The notes under the pieces are model-generated. The model was not told the origin of the DNA. It did no database searches and worked only from the letters and a program-made list of their open reading frames with translations. This document shows positions 10,723 to 24,240 of a DNA stretch of 64,000 nucleotides, one piece after another. Each line of letters opens with the position of its first letter. Position 1 is the first letter of the stretch. This DNA comes from Camelus dromedarius. Its lineage: Eukaryota. The stretch lies in NCBI RefSeq assembly GCF_036321535.1, contig NC_087437.1, forward strand, positions 96,846,001 through 96,910,000. Direction: 5' to 3'. The translations under genes were made by a program, and so were the position numbers.

Positions 10723-13700
10723 TGTGGAAGAAAAAAAGCTCTTATACAGAATAAGTATCTCTTTTCTCTTACTTCCTTTTTTAGGCGTATTTATCTATCT
10801 ATCCTGAACTAAAATATTCTGGTTAGAATGGAAAGTTTCACACAATCTTATAATATTACTAATAAAGATAATTATTCCTAATATTATTTAGTGATGCAAG
10901 TAAGAAAAGAAATACACATTAGCACAATACATGCCATTCTTCTGAAAGGCTTTTTTAGTTTCTATTACTCTTTATTGCAAAAGTGATGGGTGATTTTTAG
11001 ATGTTTCATGTGGATAATATGACATTTAAAGGCTATCTGGATACTTTCCTTTTATTCCTGTATTGTCACCATTGTTACTCCATTTATTGTTGTAAAACAG
11101 AATCTGGTTCCAGTGATTTCTTGCTGAATTTTTTAGCTGGAATTTTTATATGCAAGTTACTTAGTGATTTAAACAACAGAGGCAACTTGGAGTGTCATCT
11201 GATAACTGTCTGGATATACTCTGTTAAACTGCTATCAGAAAATTGCCAGAGTAATTTGTCCTACTTTAAAAAAAATGAAAGTCATGTATTGTCTTAAGAG
11301 ATACCGCTAAGTTTTAATCTATTGATGAATATAACTAATATGTACATCGAGGGAAATCTCCATTTCCAAGGAGAGAATTTGTGGCAAGCTTTGTTCATTA
11401 AGGAGCAGTGAACCAAGACAAACATGCTAAACAGTGAACAAAGTGGAAGATAGGAAAAAACATTATTCAGAAGAACACAGTCGTTGGGTAGACAGATTAT
11501 AAACTTATAATCTGAAACTCAAGAAGAACCATAAATGTTTAGGAAAAGCAAAGATTCAGAAATTAGAGGGTTGACAGAAAGAATCCGTGTTGAATAAAAA
11601 ACATAATTATAACTTACAAAATTGATAAATGTATGCATTTGTTTTACCATGTCAAAAATTGGTTATATCTATATTTATACCCACTGCCTATAAAAACAGT
11701 ATTATCTGTGTAGGACAGTCCTAAAGTGGGGCTGAACATATGCCATATGATGATTTATAATGAAGAAAATTCATTTGTATGTCAGGGGAGGGGACAATAT
11801 TGCCAAACATCTAACACCATGAGGACGAATAAACCTTTGGGTGGTGACAAAGGGAGAGTATGTCAAGTGGAGTCCCTGGCATGAAATATATACCTGATAT
11901 TTTGGTTATCTGCTTCAAGTATTACTGGAAGCCTTGTTGTGATATCCAAAACACTACGGAGAAAACAACATTCTCACTTCTTGGAAGCACTTTTTCCTTT
12001 CCCTTTCTCATGCAATGAGTTAAATTTAACCAATAAAATGTAAGCATTTTCCATGACAGAATTGGCAAGTGTTTTTTTCCAAAATAAAGTTTTCTTTTAT
12101 TTGTAGAATTCCTTTCTAATTTGAAGCAGTTTAAATACAAGAATGAAACTGCTAATGCATTTCATTAGAAATTGATGCTAATATTTTCTATGAAAAGAAA
12201 GAAGATGGATACTCAAGTCCATCTTGTTTGTCTTCCTATCTTGTTTAGCAGGGTTGAATAAAAGTGCCCTCACAATTTGAGCTTCAATCATAGTGGCCTT
12301 TAAAAGTCTATAAATTTCTAGGGGCTAAATTTTTCTTACATCCAAGCTAAAACAAAAACAAACAAAGCAAAATAAGCAAAAATGAATGCACAACATCCCA
12401 CAATCTACATAAACCTCTCATAAAATGCTGTCATCCTAAAGATGATCCCTGAGCCTGCATATGCCAACAGCACTAGAGTGGGAATGGTGTCCACATAATG
12501 TATGAATGCCTGATTAACCTAGATCTCTTACTAAAATAAGAAATGGATGCCTTATGACAGCCTAAATGACAAGTTTTTCACTGAACAAGACTTCCCTGGA
12601 GAACAAAGGTCAAGCCAATAGTACATTATATAGCACTTCCTCCTGTCTTACAAAATAATAGTAATCTAGGCTAGGTTAATGCTCTCCAGCATATAAACAC
12701 TTAATAAATGTCTGTTGAATTGAACCAATGCCCTCCTCCTTTCTTTAAAAATAAGTGATGGTCATGCTTTTCAGTTAAAATGTAGCTACTATCTGGTTGT
12801 GAGACAACTCATTATATATTCCAAGTCACTTAGTCACTTTATGTTGGGAAGTCACTAGAAATGGCTGAACAATTAGCATATAGTTCATTAAATGAGTAAG
12901 ATCAGGCCCTTGAGAAACTCCCAGGGCACTGGGAAGTAGCAGTTGAGATGTGCAGGTGTGTCTACTTACAGCTAGTGTGGATTATGAAAATTATCCTACT
13001 TTTCTGTTATCCAACCTGATTATGTTTAAACAGTCATCCTCATTTTTCATTTGATTCTTATTTGCCAAAAATAAAATAAAATACTAAAATTAAATAACTG
13101 CCAGATTTACAGCAGAAAAATTTATAGCACAAATACTGGTTTAAGGTTTTAAAAACTTAAAATAATATTTGAGAATTAAATTTAAAGAGGAAATATAGAA
13201 TGACTACCAAAGACAATCACAGGTATTTCTCTAAATTTGGAGTCTAGACTAGCATTAAATTTATCATTATTAGTATCCAAAGGGATTAATTTTGATTTAA
13301 TGCAAATTAATAAAACCAACTTCTTGGCATATAATTCAAGTTTTGCAACCACAACATTCAAAAATCACCATCATCATCATGACCGTCATCATCAACTTGG
13401 AGTAAAAACATTAAGTACAAATTAATATTTAAACATAGTAAGGCTTAAGGCAAAAACTTTATGTAGTTCATAATAACAGACATGGCTAGTATAAATAGTG
13501 TTCTTCTTAATGATGTTTTATCTTCAAAATATAAAATTAAATAATTTTATTGCAAACCTGAGCACTATGTACATGCTTTTCTTTTTTTTTTCCCCCTTCC
13601 TTCCTTCCTTTTTTTTTTTTTTAAAGCAGTTTAAATTACTTGTCCATATGGAAAAGTAAAATGCATAGAATATCCTTTACTACTTCAAATCTGGAAGTTC

Positions 13701-14361
13701 TTTGAAAAACTCATGGACTTCTCTTTCTTTGATCAAAGTAAATGGAGTGAAATATGCACCCCCAAGGCAGTTTTTAGATAGGAAAAGATCAAATAAAAGC
13801 AATTACACTGTAATTTGACTGGTAAGGCTTAAAATAAGGAGCCTATTGAGAAGCTCTTTCATACTTCAACTCTTGCATAAGTAGCCCGTTTTTTATGTTT
13901 AAATTAATATAATCATGCTGAAGTACCTACTAAAATACAAGTTAGCTATAATTGATCCTAAAATTCTACCTGCAAGAATAAAATGACTCTTAATTCAAAA
14001 TGTAATACAGCACTTGAAGAGGAATGAGTTAGATCAGCCCTTTTAAGATAATCTTTGTGGGTATATAGCAGAATATTCCTCATAGCTTTTAAAATTTCAC
14101 TCAGTATCTCTAATTAAAATTTTATTTACCTACCATGGGCCAGGTTGATCAATATCAGCGAAAAAAAAAATCAGTGACCCCACTTTGGTAATCTGGAGTA
14201 ACATGGTGAAAAATGTAACAAATCTGGTCATGAGCTTGGAGAGATGATCTACACTCTTAAACAACCTAGACTGTGGTAGAACACAGAAGACTGACTCAGA
14301 GTCAGTTTGGCACACTGACTGTGCCAAAGAGTATGTGTCCTGCCCTAGTGATAGTGTAAAG

Positions 14362-14600
14362 CAGTGCTGCTCAAAGTGTGGTCCTTGGACCAGTGCTGGT
14401 TTACAAAGTGCTCACCAGTCCATAGCGTGTTAAGTACAGAACTTAAAAGTAAGCATTGATAGCAAATTGACAGCTATATGATGTTATTGATTCTAATCGT
14501 CATTTTAAGAATTGGTGGTTTTAATTTGTATGACTTTGTCTTTTAATTTTCTAGTAATTCATTTTTATTGTATTATACAAAATTATTGAACCAAAACATA
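14362..14600. mobile_element. MER5C-like hAT-Charlie element
   Basis: cagtgctgctcaaagtgtggtccttggaccagtgctggt terminus; internal ttttctagtaattcatttttattgtatt. Confidence 0.7.
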
Positions 14601-16839
14601 ATGTAATAGAAAATAAAATCACAAACAATGGTGTAGATGATATGCTTGCCTATATTTTTGGATATATTAAAAAAGAAAGGAAAATAAAAGAAAAAGCACA
14701 AGGTGGAAATAGAACAGTCTGTGAGATGTCCCTAGGGAAAATAAAATTCATACTTGACATTTTTAATGACAGCTCCATTGCTCAATAATTTAAATTCTGA
14801 TTTTCTGTCATTCTAACAGCGCTTTCAATTTAGCCATGCTAAATTTTTTACTTAGACAAGTATTATACTGTGCATTATTGAAATTTGTCTTGACCTTCAA
14901 AAAACTGCAAAGACCAATTCCATGTTGTGTCAGTTGCCACCTTTAGTTATTTTAGTGTAAGTCTACTCTTAGGTCACTTTTACAATTCAGATGGAAAGTA
15001 GTTTTTCTGAATTTAGATCATTAAAATTTTTTTCGTTGTTTATATTCCCACATATACACACCATTTGATAACCTATTCAACTAATTATTAGGCAACAAAA
15101 CATTATTTTTTGGCTGCAGATGTCAAACTTAAATACAAATTGATATCAAGGTGTAGATAAACTGCTTCTCTTTATTTATAGCAAATTGACGCCCATACCT
15201 AAAGACTTGCATGTACTTACAGACGTACAGTGACAAAGTTTTTGATGAATGTCAAAATAAAGGCATATGCTGGGTGTAAGAAATGCTATGATACAACTTG
15301 AGTTTCTAACAATTCTACCTTAGAAACATAATGGATGGGAAAAAAATGAACATGAGATATGAAATGCAGAGACTAAGAGATTTTCATAATTATGAAATAA
15401 TTATGTCTGTGATGTCTGTGAAATAATTTTCCTATTCATCAAGATAAAGTGAAGGAAGTTTGGTACCTTTACTGATATTCTGGAACAAAATGATTGAAGT
15501 GAAAAAGTATTCAATCTACTTTCTTTTATATAGCAAGGACTAGTTTACTGAAAATATAAATCAAGGAAATATTTCCAATATTATAAAACAACAATCAGAT
15601 TTGTAAGCTGAAAAAAACAGAAATATATTAAATGAAACATACTGTGAATGACAGAGTTGCCAGATATGTCTTAAGTATTTATAATTTTTTAAATCTATGG
15701 CCCAGATCCTATTAAATAAGAAAGCCTATTCTGGAGAAGGACTTTGTTCAACTCAGTAGAATGATATGTAGTGGATTACTGCACCACAGAACACAAGCTC
15801 CTGGGACATGAACACTCACCTGGAAACATTGCACTCTATTTTACTAGAAAAATTTACATTTCATGACAGTGGAATTCCTCAAGCCTTATCACTATCATTT
15901 TTATTTAAGGAACAAAAATCGTGTTTAACATCAACAAAAGACAGTTATTTAGTAAAAGGTAATTTAACTCCTATACTTTAAATGTAGATTTAAATAGTTT
16001 ATAAAGTTTAGTGCTTTTATTGTTTGCAAAGTTGATTGGTGGAAGTGGTTATTGTCTTTATAGTCTTGACATGTATTCTTATAGTAATTATTAAATATAC
16101 TAAAATACTGAATTTCATTTATTTAGTAACTCATCAAACCTTTATTGAGTACCTATACTTATGCATCAGTATCGGAGGTAGACAGATAAACTATGTCCCA
16201 CAGCACTCATAGCCTAAGAAGGAAGACATATATAAAATTCTACTTATTGGACAACAGAGTAAATTCTACACTAGAATGTATAAAGTATACAAGATATAGA
16301 TTTATTAAGGGTATGAAAGTGCAAGTAGGAAACTCAACTTGATTTTAAAAATTAATAGGAGAGTAATAGCTAAGTTGGGTCTTGAAGGACATACAGACAT
16401 TCATCAGACTAAGAGTAGAGGGAAAATATTGCATGCAAAAGAAACAGCATGCACAAACCCACAAAGACAGATAGATGAGCAGCAGATTCAAGAGACTGCA
16501 AATAATTTTGTGTGTCTGGAAGACAAGGTAGAAAGACTACTAGAAGCTAACTTTATATAACTAGGTTGATCTCCATTACAGAATACAATTTTTGCCTTTT
16601 TTAACAAATAAGCAGATGTTATACTATTGGACAGTTAAGGAAAGATTTTGAGCCAGGAGGTTAAATGATCAGATTTGTGTTCTAGAAAGCTGACTTTATC
16701 AGAAATATGGAAACAAGATTCATAGCATTTGCTTTTATGGAATGATGACATTAAACTAGGGCAGTGTCAATGACAATAGAGAAGAAGAAAAAGATGGGAA
16801 ATTGTTGAAGTTATAACTTATATAAATAATAGTAGATAT

Positions 16840-17016
16840 TAAAGAACACTCATCAAATCACCAAATAAATATGTGAAGTGATGGATTTGGTTCATCAATT
16901 AGATAGGAGATCTCTTCACCATGTAGACATATCACCATGATGTACACTTTAAATTTATTATTATTTTATATGTAAGTTATACTTTCTTATAAAGCTTAAA
17001 TTAAAAAAATAAAAAT
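16840..17016 (+). mobile_element. L1M 3' terminus
   Basis: atatgtgaagtgatgga...catgatgtacactttaaat...taaagct followed by an A-rich tail. Confidence 0.7.
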
Positions 17017-17019
17017 ATT

Positions 17020-17320
17020 ATTCTCTTCTTCTATATTGAATTTTAGATGAGAACCAGGCCATCCAGAATAAAGACACTGTGTCCCAGCCTTCTTTGTGTT
17101 TACATGTAACCATATGACTAAGTTCTGGGTAATGGGATGTAAGGAAAATTATATTGTGTAGCAGATTTAGAGAATAATTCCTATCTATAAGATGAAGGGC
17201 ATGCTCCTTAAAAAAAAAAAAAGTCTTCCTTTTAACTGCTGCCAGAACTACAGGCATGATTGCTGGAATTCTGTCTGCTCTCTTGAGGTCTCCATTTTAG
17301 GAAGAGCCTGAGTAACTGAG
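17020..17320 (+). mobile_element. Old MaLR/ERVL LTR fragment (MLT1H-K or LTR16/33 group)
   Basis: ccagaataaagac...cccagccttctttg...catatgactaagttctgggtaatgggatgtaag. Confidence 0.65.
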
Positions 17321-17869
17321 GATATAAATAAAACAAAATAAATGATCATATTTTAACCATTCCTTCTTGAGGTCTCTGTACTTCGAGTAAAGTCTCTTTT
17401 GAATGATACAGGAATCAGAAGTGGAGGCACTGGATAAAGTAAGCTGAGATTTCTGGCTTGGAAGAGTACTGACTTTAATAAGAAGTCAATTAAAAAAATC
17501 ATGTAGTGAGAGAAGATACTGACATTAGGTTTAGAAATTTTGACTTTGAAATACCAGTGTGACATCGAAAAAAGTTGTTTAGTAACTATACATAGTTATA
17601 CATAGTTACGTATAGTTGGATAGTATAGTAGGTGGTAGAGTATGGCCTGGAATTCAGGTGAGCAGTTGGGTATAGAGATGTGAGAGGCATAAAAATATAC
17701 GTGGTGTTGTGAAGACTTGATAAATAAGATGGCCCTTTAAGAGGACTCAGAGGAGACAGGAGAGCTGAGAAAAGAACCGTAGGGAGTATCAATATCCAGA
17801 TGCGGGTGAAAGAATAGAGGAGGAGCAAGAGGAAGAGGAGTAAGGGTAGTGGTGGTGGTGACAGCAGTG

Positions 17870-18110
17870 ACAGAATAATTTACTAAGCCAGTATAACATG
17901 CCAGCTATTGTTGTAAGTGCTTTACATGTATTAACACTTTGAATCCACAAAACAATCCTCTAAGGTGCTGTCTAACTCATAAGACAGGTACTGTTAGTAT
18001 CTCTACTTTATAGGAAACAGGCACAAAGAAGTTAGGTAAGTTGACACACTGTCAGTGGTGGTGTCCAGTGGCCTGGTTCCAGTCCTCTTGCTCTTTACTA
18101 TTCTACCCTA
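17870..18110 (-). mobile_element. MIR SINE
   Basis: aagtgctttacatgtattaacactttgaatcc...ggaaacaggcacaaagaagttaggtaagttg. Confidence 0.75.
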
Positions 18111-18369
18111 CTTTTAAAGAATAGATGGAGAAGTTCATGGGGTTGTGAAGAAACTCAGAATGATATCTTGGCAGAGAAAGGCTGAGGAGTTCAAAATGAT
18201 GAAGTTTTTAGCTATTACGAACATTCAGAGAAGAGAGGGGATAGAATTGACTGGATTTGAAATATTGGAGGTCACCAGTGACTTAGAAGAAACTTCATTA
18301 GTGAAATGGTGAGTCAAAGTTTGATACGGATAAGATGGGCTGAAAAGAAAGTTCATGCCTTCCTTTTAA

Positions 18370-18394
18370 CACACAGACACACACACACACACAC
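18370..18394. repeat. (CA)n microsatellite
   Basis: cacacagacacacacacacacaca. Confidence 0.85.
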
Positions 18395-19042
18395 AAAATA
18401 AAGTACAGTTTTTAAGAAGTGAAGTGTGGATGAGGAAATGGAGAGAAAGGGCGTATCATTCGTCTATGAATTAAAGGTGAGAGACTCTGAGAACAAACTG
18501 AGGACAAAGGGGTTTTTTGTTTGTTCCTTATTAGAAGAGACAAGTGTGATTTACCCTATGTACTGAAGAGCTCAGTAGGTGGACTGTTAAAAAAATGCAG
18601 AAGGAAGATGGAAAACTAACGGGCCAAGTTGTAAGAAAATCAGCAGGTTATGCGGCAGGATTAGTCTGGAGCACAGGGATGCAAATTTCCTCATGGTTTA
18701 GAAGAAGTAGTATAAAACAAAGAAAACAAAGAAAGTAATGCACTCTTAAGTATCTTCTGAGGACAAAGAAAAGAAACAACCAACGAGGACCCAGAGGACA
18801 GCATCCACCATTAAACAGAATGGGGATAATTATCCTGAAGCTTGGCTCCTAGTATTGGCTCTGACAGGAGTTTATTGACAGAATTTGTCTTCTTTAAAAT
18901 TGATATCTTTATTTTCTTATTTGCAAAACAGCCCTACTGATACAGTATACGTGTTGTGAAAAATTGAAATGAAAAGCCTTTGAGGAAGGTACATGCTCCA
19001 TGAAATTATCGCTATCAGGAGAACCATGAATATACTGAAAGC

Positions 19043-19235
19043 CATCATATGGTGTAGTGGGAATAGTTCCAGTCACATGTCAATTCTGCCACGTCTATGC
19101 AGTGTCTCTGAACAAATCACTCAGCCATTCTGAATCTTGATCACTTCCTTTGTAAAATAAGGATAATTTTCCTCAGATCAAAGACTTGTTTAAGGACTGT
19201 ACTAAATCATTTATATGAAATGAAATTTATAATCC
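19043..19235 (+). mobile_element. MIR SINE
   Basis: atatggtgtagtgg...aacaaatcactcagccattctgaatct...tttgtaaaataaggataat. Confidence 0.6.
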
Positions 19236-20469
19236 AAATCACTACACAAAGCCAAGCAACTCTTTTGGGAATCATGAAATATCATTTGTTACTGAATATA
19301 ACAAAAGCAACAAAAAACAATGAACAGCAGTCATGCCCAGATATGTCAGTGGTGATGAGATGTAGACTTGCCACATCAGGTTTCCATAGTGTTTCGATGC
19401 GTCACACTAAATTTTGAACAGCAAGGCCATACAGTGAACAAGGGAAGTGGTCTGGGGGGATCATGACTTTGCTGGACAGTGAATGGTTAACTGCCAGATG
19501 CTATCCAACAGAATAGAGAGATGTGTGGCCACCGGTGGCAGGGTGGGAAAAAATGTCAGAGGTTGTGGCTGAGGAAGTTTCAATTCACTTATGGGAAATC
19601 TTTCTGCTTTCCCCATGTGGTCTCACCACATCCGCATGGACCCCCCTGGTGGGGCTCTCTGGGAACATGTAAAGTAATAGGCAGGGCCAGGAAGGCAGGC
19701 AGAAGGACAGAGATGGATAAGCTAAAAGGTATCAAGCAAGAGGAAGAGACTGAAATAGGAGAGAAGGAAGAGAGCTCTCGAGAGACATGAATCATCAGAA
19801 GGTGCTGTTGCACAAACTAGGATTGGAGCACCTGTTTTGATGATATTGACCATTCCTCTCTTGAAAGTCGTACATCCTCTGGTCAGCATCTCTGGTCTCT
19901 CTATTCTGGCACAGTTCCCACGTTCTAACTCTCTTTTTGCTCTCAAACTGGATGTCCAGTGCTTATGGGATCAACTCCCCCAATTTAATGCAACAGATGC
20001 CTATTTTCAGAATTTGGGCCTCAGGACCTCATTTCTACAATGAGCTTTTACTTTTATTTGCTTATAGATTTTTCTGACTTACCAATGACCTCTATCTAAA
20101 GATGATTTTTCCAAAATCTCATCACCCTCCATGAGACAGATGGCTCTTTTCCTTATCACTCTATTTCCAACAGCACTGCCATCATGCTTTATATCTTCTA
20201 GAAAAGGAATCTTGGGGTTAGCAAGCCCTGTATAAAACATATCACTCAGTGCTTCATCAACATTAACTCCACAAAAATGTGTGTCTTCCTTATCCCACAT
20301 CTGAACTATCATAACAGCTTAAATACATTTTCTTAATCTTCCAGAATCAGTAATTCTTTGCTAACTAACATATTAAAAATGATGCTTCCTCATCTGGCTC
20401 AGTAGATCCTCTGCGATTTTGCTTTAGATATGAAATTTGACTCCTCATCACTTATGAGATAGTCAGTAA

Positions 20470-21060
20470 ATTCTTTTTGAAAAAGCTACTTACTGAGTTG
20501 CTGCCATATGTTGACACTGTGATAAATATAAATGTAAAAGTCCTGTTTTCCCTGAGCTTAAGACTTACAATGAGGCAGAAGAGTAGTGCTGCTACTGGTA
20601 TACCAGAAGTATCTATGGGGTATTATGGGGATCCTGAGAATAAGGACCTAGTAGAGGTTGGGACCACAAAGGAAAATTTCAAAATAAGTGGAAGAATGAG
20701 GTGAGTCTTAAGAAATAGAATAAAGCGGAAAAAATAAGGGATGAAGACATTTTAGGCATGGGGATAAGTAACTTGACAACACATGGCATTTTTTAAGGAC
20801 TCCTAAATTGTTTTTTATGGCAGTATTAAAAGATTCAGTTATACAACTAAAGAGGTAGACTGGGGTCAGATTATGAAGAGTCTTGTAAGCATAGCTAAAA
20901 AAAATACTCATTTTATGCTGAAAGCAATGAGAAGCTGTCTAGATTTTAATTAAGATAATGAGTTGCATGATCATATTTGTATTTTAGAAAGATGTCTGGC
21001 AACAAATTTGAAAATGCTCAGAAGGGAATGAGAATGAAGGGAAAGCAAGTTAGGAAGTTT
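20470..21060 (-). mobile_element. L2 LINE fragment
   Basis: tttactgagttgctgccatatg...ggggtcagattatgaagagtcttgtaagc...catgatcatatttgtattttagaaagat. Confidence 0.7.
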
Positions 21061-21714
21061 GGGTCTCTCACAAAGTCCCAAGAAAACAGTTACCACCACA
21101 CACTTTTCTTCACCAACAGCGCTGAAACCCAATATTATTTTTGAAAGTGAAGACGTATTAAAATAAAAAATATTTCAAGAAAGTATGTGTCCATTTTGCA
21201 AAACACAGAGCTCAGCATTTCATAAATTTCAAGTAAAAATAAATCCCTTGTGTTCAATAGCAGATTAAGGAGATGCCCTCTAATTCCCATGGTTTTCTCT
21301 TTTAATCTGATATTTTTCTCTAGTATTTTATTTGCAGATAATAAAGATGAGGGATCTATTAATTTACTCTTACATTATATTTAGCTTTTCAATAAAAAAG
21401 TGGGGAATGCAGATTCTACTTCATAAGAAGATTAAAAAAAATTCTTGCTTAGTTTTTAATTCCATATATATATATATACATACACACACACCACATGCAG
21501 ACACACTGTATGGAAGCAGCATTAGAGAAAATGCTTGCTGTGTTGGATTACTGAACATGTATGTTGTTTTGAAATCTCCTCCCCCACACAATTTTTCTAA
21601 TCTGTCTGTCAGTACAAGGTTCTTAATGCTCTGTTGCTCTATGCTTTTTTCCACAAGATTTGTGTATATTTCATAGATGACCAATAGATAGCCAATACTA
21701 TATAACATTTAAAT

Positions 21715-21886
21715 ACAGTGTGGTAGAATAGCATCAACCCTATCTAGCTACTCATTAGAAATTAAAATTATTGGGCCATACCACAGATACATTGATTAAG
21801 AATATCCTGGGATATGGCCCTGAAACCTGTATTTTAGTAAGCTTTCCAAAATATTCTTATAGATCTTAACTTAGGAAGAACTGCAG
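21715..21886. mobile_element. MER5-like hAT MITE
   Basis: tgggccataccacaga...gaatatcctgggatatggccctgaaacctgtattttagtaagcttt. Confidence 0.6.
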
Positions 21887-23644
21887 TAAAGGTTCGAGCT
21901 AAAGGCAGAACAGTCTAAAGACAGGTTTTAATCAATTAAAAAATTAATTTTGCTGCTATGAATGTCTTGACTTTTGGCAGATAATCACAAATACTTACTA
22001 AAATTGTACCAACCTCTAGTTGAACCAATTATATCTTCTTGATCATATAATAATGATGCTGATCAGCTTTCCAGCAAGGGATACCAGCATATACCATAGA
22101 CTATACATTAAGACAGAAAATGAAGGTGCTTATTGTGGATAATTCTTTTTTTTTAAAATAAACTATCATATAAAACAAAAAGATATACTGTTTTCAGTGA
22201 GTTTCTGAGGTTAATTCTTAGCCACTTTTTTTTTCTGGATCAAATTAAATATTCTTATTTTATAAATTAGTTGTTTGATACTGACAATTACAATAACCTA
22301 ACCAGTGGTATAATGTGCAGAAACCGATTAGAATGCGTTTTGAATTAAGAAACAAAGCGTTTCTTTTTCTTGATGGAAATTGAATAAAAATGTCAAACTG
22401 CTGCAATCAGACATCCCAGATATGAATATTCATTGGCAACTGTTCATGGCAGATTTATGAATTCTTTCACCTGCTGTTAGGAGGAAAAAGGAAAACATTA
22501 AGTTGCCAAATAAAGCCATTACCATAAGTTAAAAGCAAAAAATATATACACAGATGGATGCAGATCTTGGAATTATGCAATCTTATCAGACAAGACCTAT
22601 TTCTTTTATATTGTGAAAACATTTGTTTTATACATGCAGATTGCAAAGGTCTGAGATTTGAACTCAGTATCTGCTAGCAGCACCTTCTCTTGTGGTTTAT
22701 GGAGGACAGTGAAACCAAACATCTATCAACTTGTCATGGAATAGTCATGTGTAAAGATACTCATTAACAGTCCGAGTCCTACTTTAAATATCTGCCCCAT
22801 TCCTTCAGCACTATGTACATCAACATCCACACACATTGGGCTCATTTGCCCTAAAGAAAAGATTTTGATTAAATCTGAGGGTATAATTTAAATGGATGAT
22901 AACAAACTACTTCTATGGGTTTGTTTGTAAGGCTGAGTAATGAGAAACCATATAAAATGTTTGCTTAGGCATGGTAGGTTACTTATTTAACCACGTGTGA
23001 ATTTCAGTTAATTTGTGGAAAACAGTTTCCATGAGCATTTTTAGTGCTTCCTGATTACTACCAGGGTTGAAATGCTACAAAAACATAAGATTTCCTGGAG
23101 CAGTTTAGTGTTTTCATTTATAGGCAAGGGAAGGACACAAAGAAGCAATAAAAAACTACACTTTGAATATTTTATTATTCACTCATATACAATTTGGTTC
23201 CTGTTTGATTCAGATATTTTTTGGTTTACCTTTGAGACTCCAAAATGGCTACTATCTTATACAATCTTTTAAATAAGAATAGAGATATTTTTTCTTTTAG
23301 TTTATAGCTTAAACAAATGCACAGTTGATATTAATGGCCATTTCTGTTAGTTAATTGAATAAAATAATGATGGAACTCTGAGGCCAAGAAGAATTTGGGT
23401 TGCATTTTACCCAATAATCATAAGATTTCAACTAAATTATTTGGCAAAGCAATCATTGCACTTTTCTACAAGATGAGGCATTTGAAGAGACTTGCAGAGA
23501 TCTGAAACAAAAAGCCCCCAGTTATTGTTTCTCAATTATGCCAAGAAGTTAAACAGGAAGATTCATTTGACTGTATCTCCAATCTACTGGGCTTGGTTGA
23601 CAAACCAAAGTAAATGATGTTGAGCTCTCAAAAGTTTGCATTAT

Positions 23645-24240
23645 CACACTCATTAATTGTTGGTGGAAGTGTAAAATAGTGTGTCTATGGAGGATGATTT
23701 GCTAACATTTGCTACAGTAGATAATTCATCTAACATATAAGAATTAAATATACATGCACCATTTAAACCAGCAATTCTACTTTTAGGCATTGAACCTATA
23801 AATGTTTACCACATTCCAAAGTATTCATTGCATCAGAGTTATAACAGCAAATGACTGACAGCAATCTAAATGTCTATTAATAGAGGACAAGTTAAATAAA
23901 TCCTGGTTCATCCATACAATGGATTACTTGTTGACATTAAAAGAATGACGTGGTCTGAGGACTAATCTTTAAAGTGAATTTTTAAATTAGAAAAAGAAGG
24001 CACAAAATTTTGTCTAAAATATGCTATAGTTTTAATATGAGAGAGAGAAAAAACGAGAGACTCTGTTTTTCTGTTTATCCATGTATCTATCTGTCCAGAA
24101 AGATACACAAAGGCTCATAACAATGATTCTCTCTCCTGGGGTGAGAAGACACACTCTTTTCATTCTAAATCTTTTTCCTTCTTAAAATATATTAATCATG
24201 TGAATGTACTATGTAAATATATATTTAAGAAATAAAAACT
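23645..24240 (+). mobile_element. Old L1M (L1ME-like) ORF2 end and 3' UTR
   Basis: ttgttggtggaagtgtaaaatag...ccagcaattctacttttagg...ctaaatgtctattaatagagg...catccatacaatgga. Confidence 0.75.

Larger units (their letters stand above)
16115..18450 (-). mobile_element. Fragmented L2 LINE (16115-16815, 17380-17840, 18120-18450) with younger insertions
   Basis: tttattgagtaccta 3' end; aacagcatgcacaaa; aaatgatcagatttgtgttctagaaag; ctggaattcaggtgag; ggaggtcaccagtgactt. These pieces follow L2 order. Confidence 0.7.

Noticed and set aside
15382..15397. 16-bp palindrome tttcataattatgaaa
   Set aside because: AT-rich and within chance expectation for 64 kb.
19521..20312. Cluster of ORFs in a slightly GC-richer patch
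   Set aside because: No recognisable protein, no convincing splice-site pair and no CpG island.
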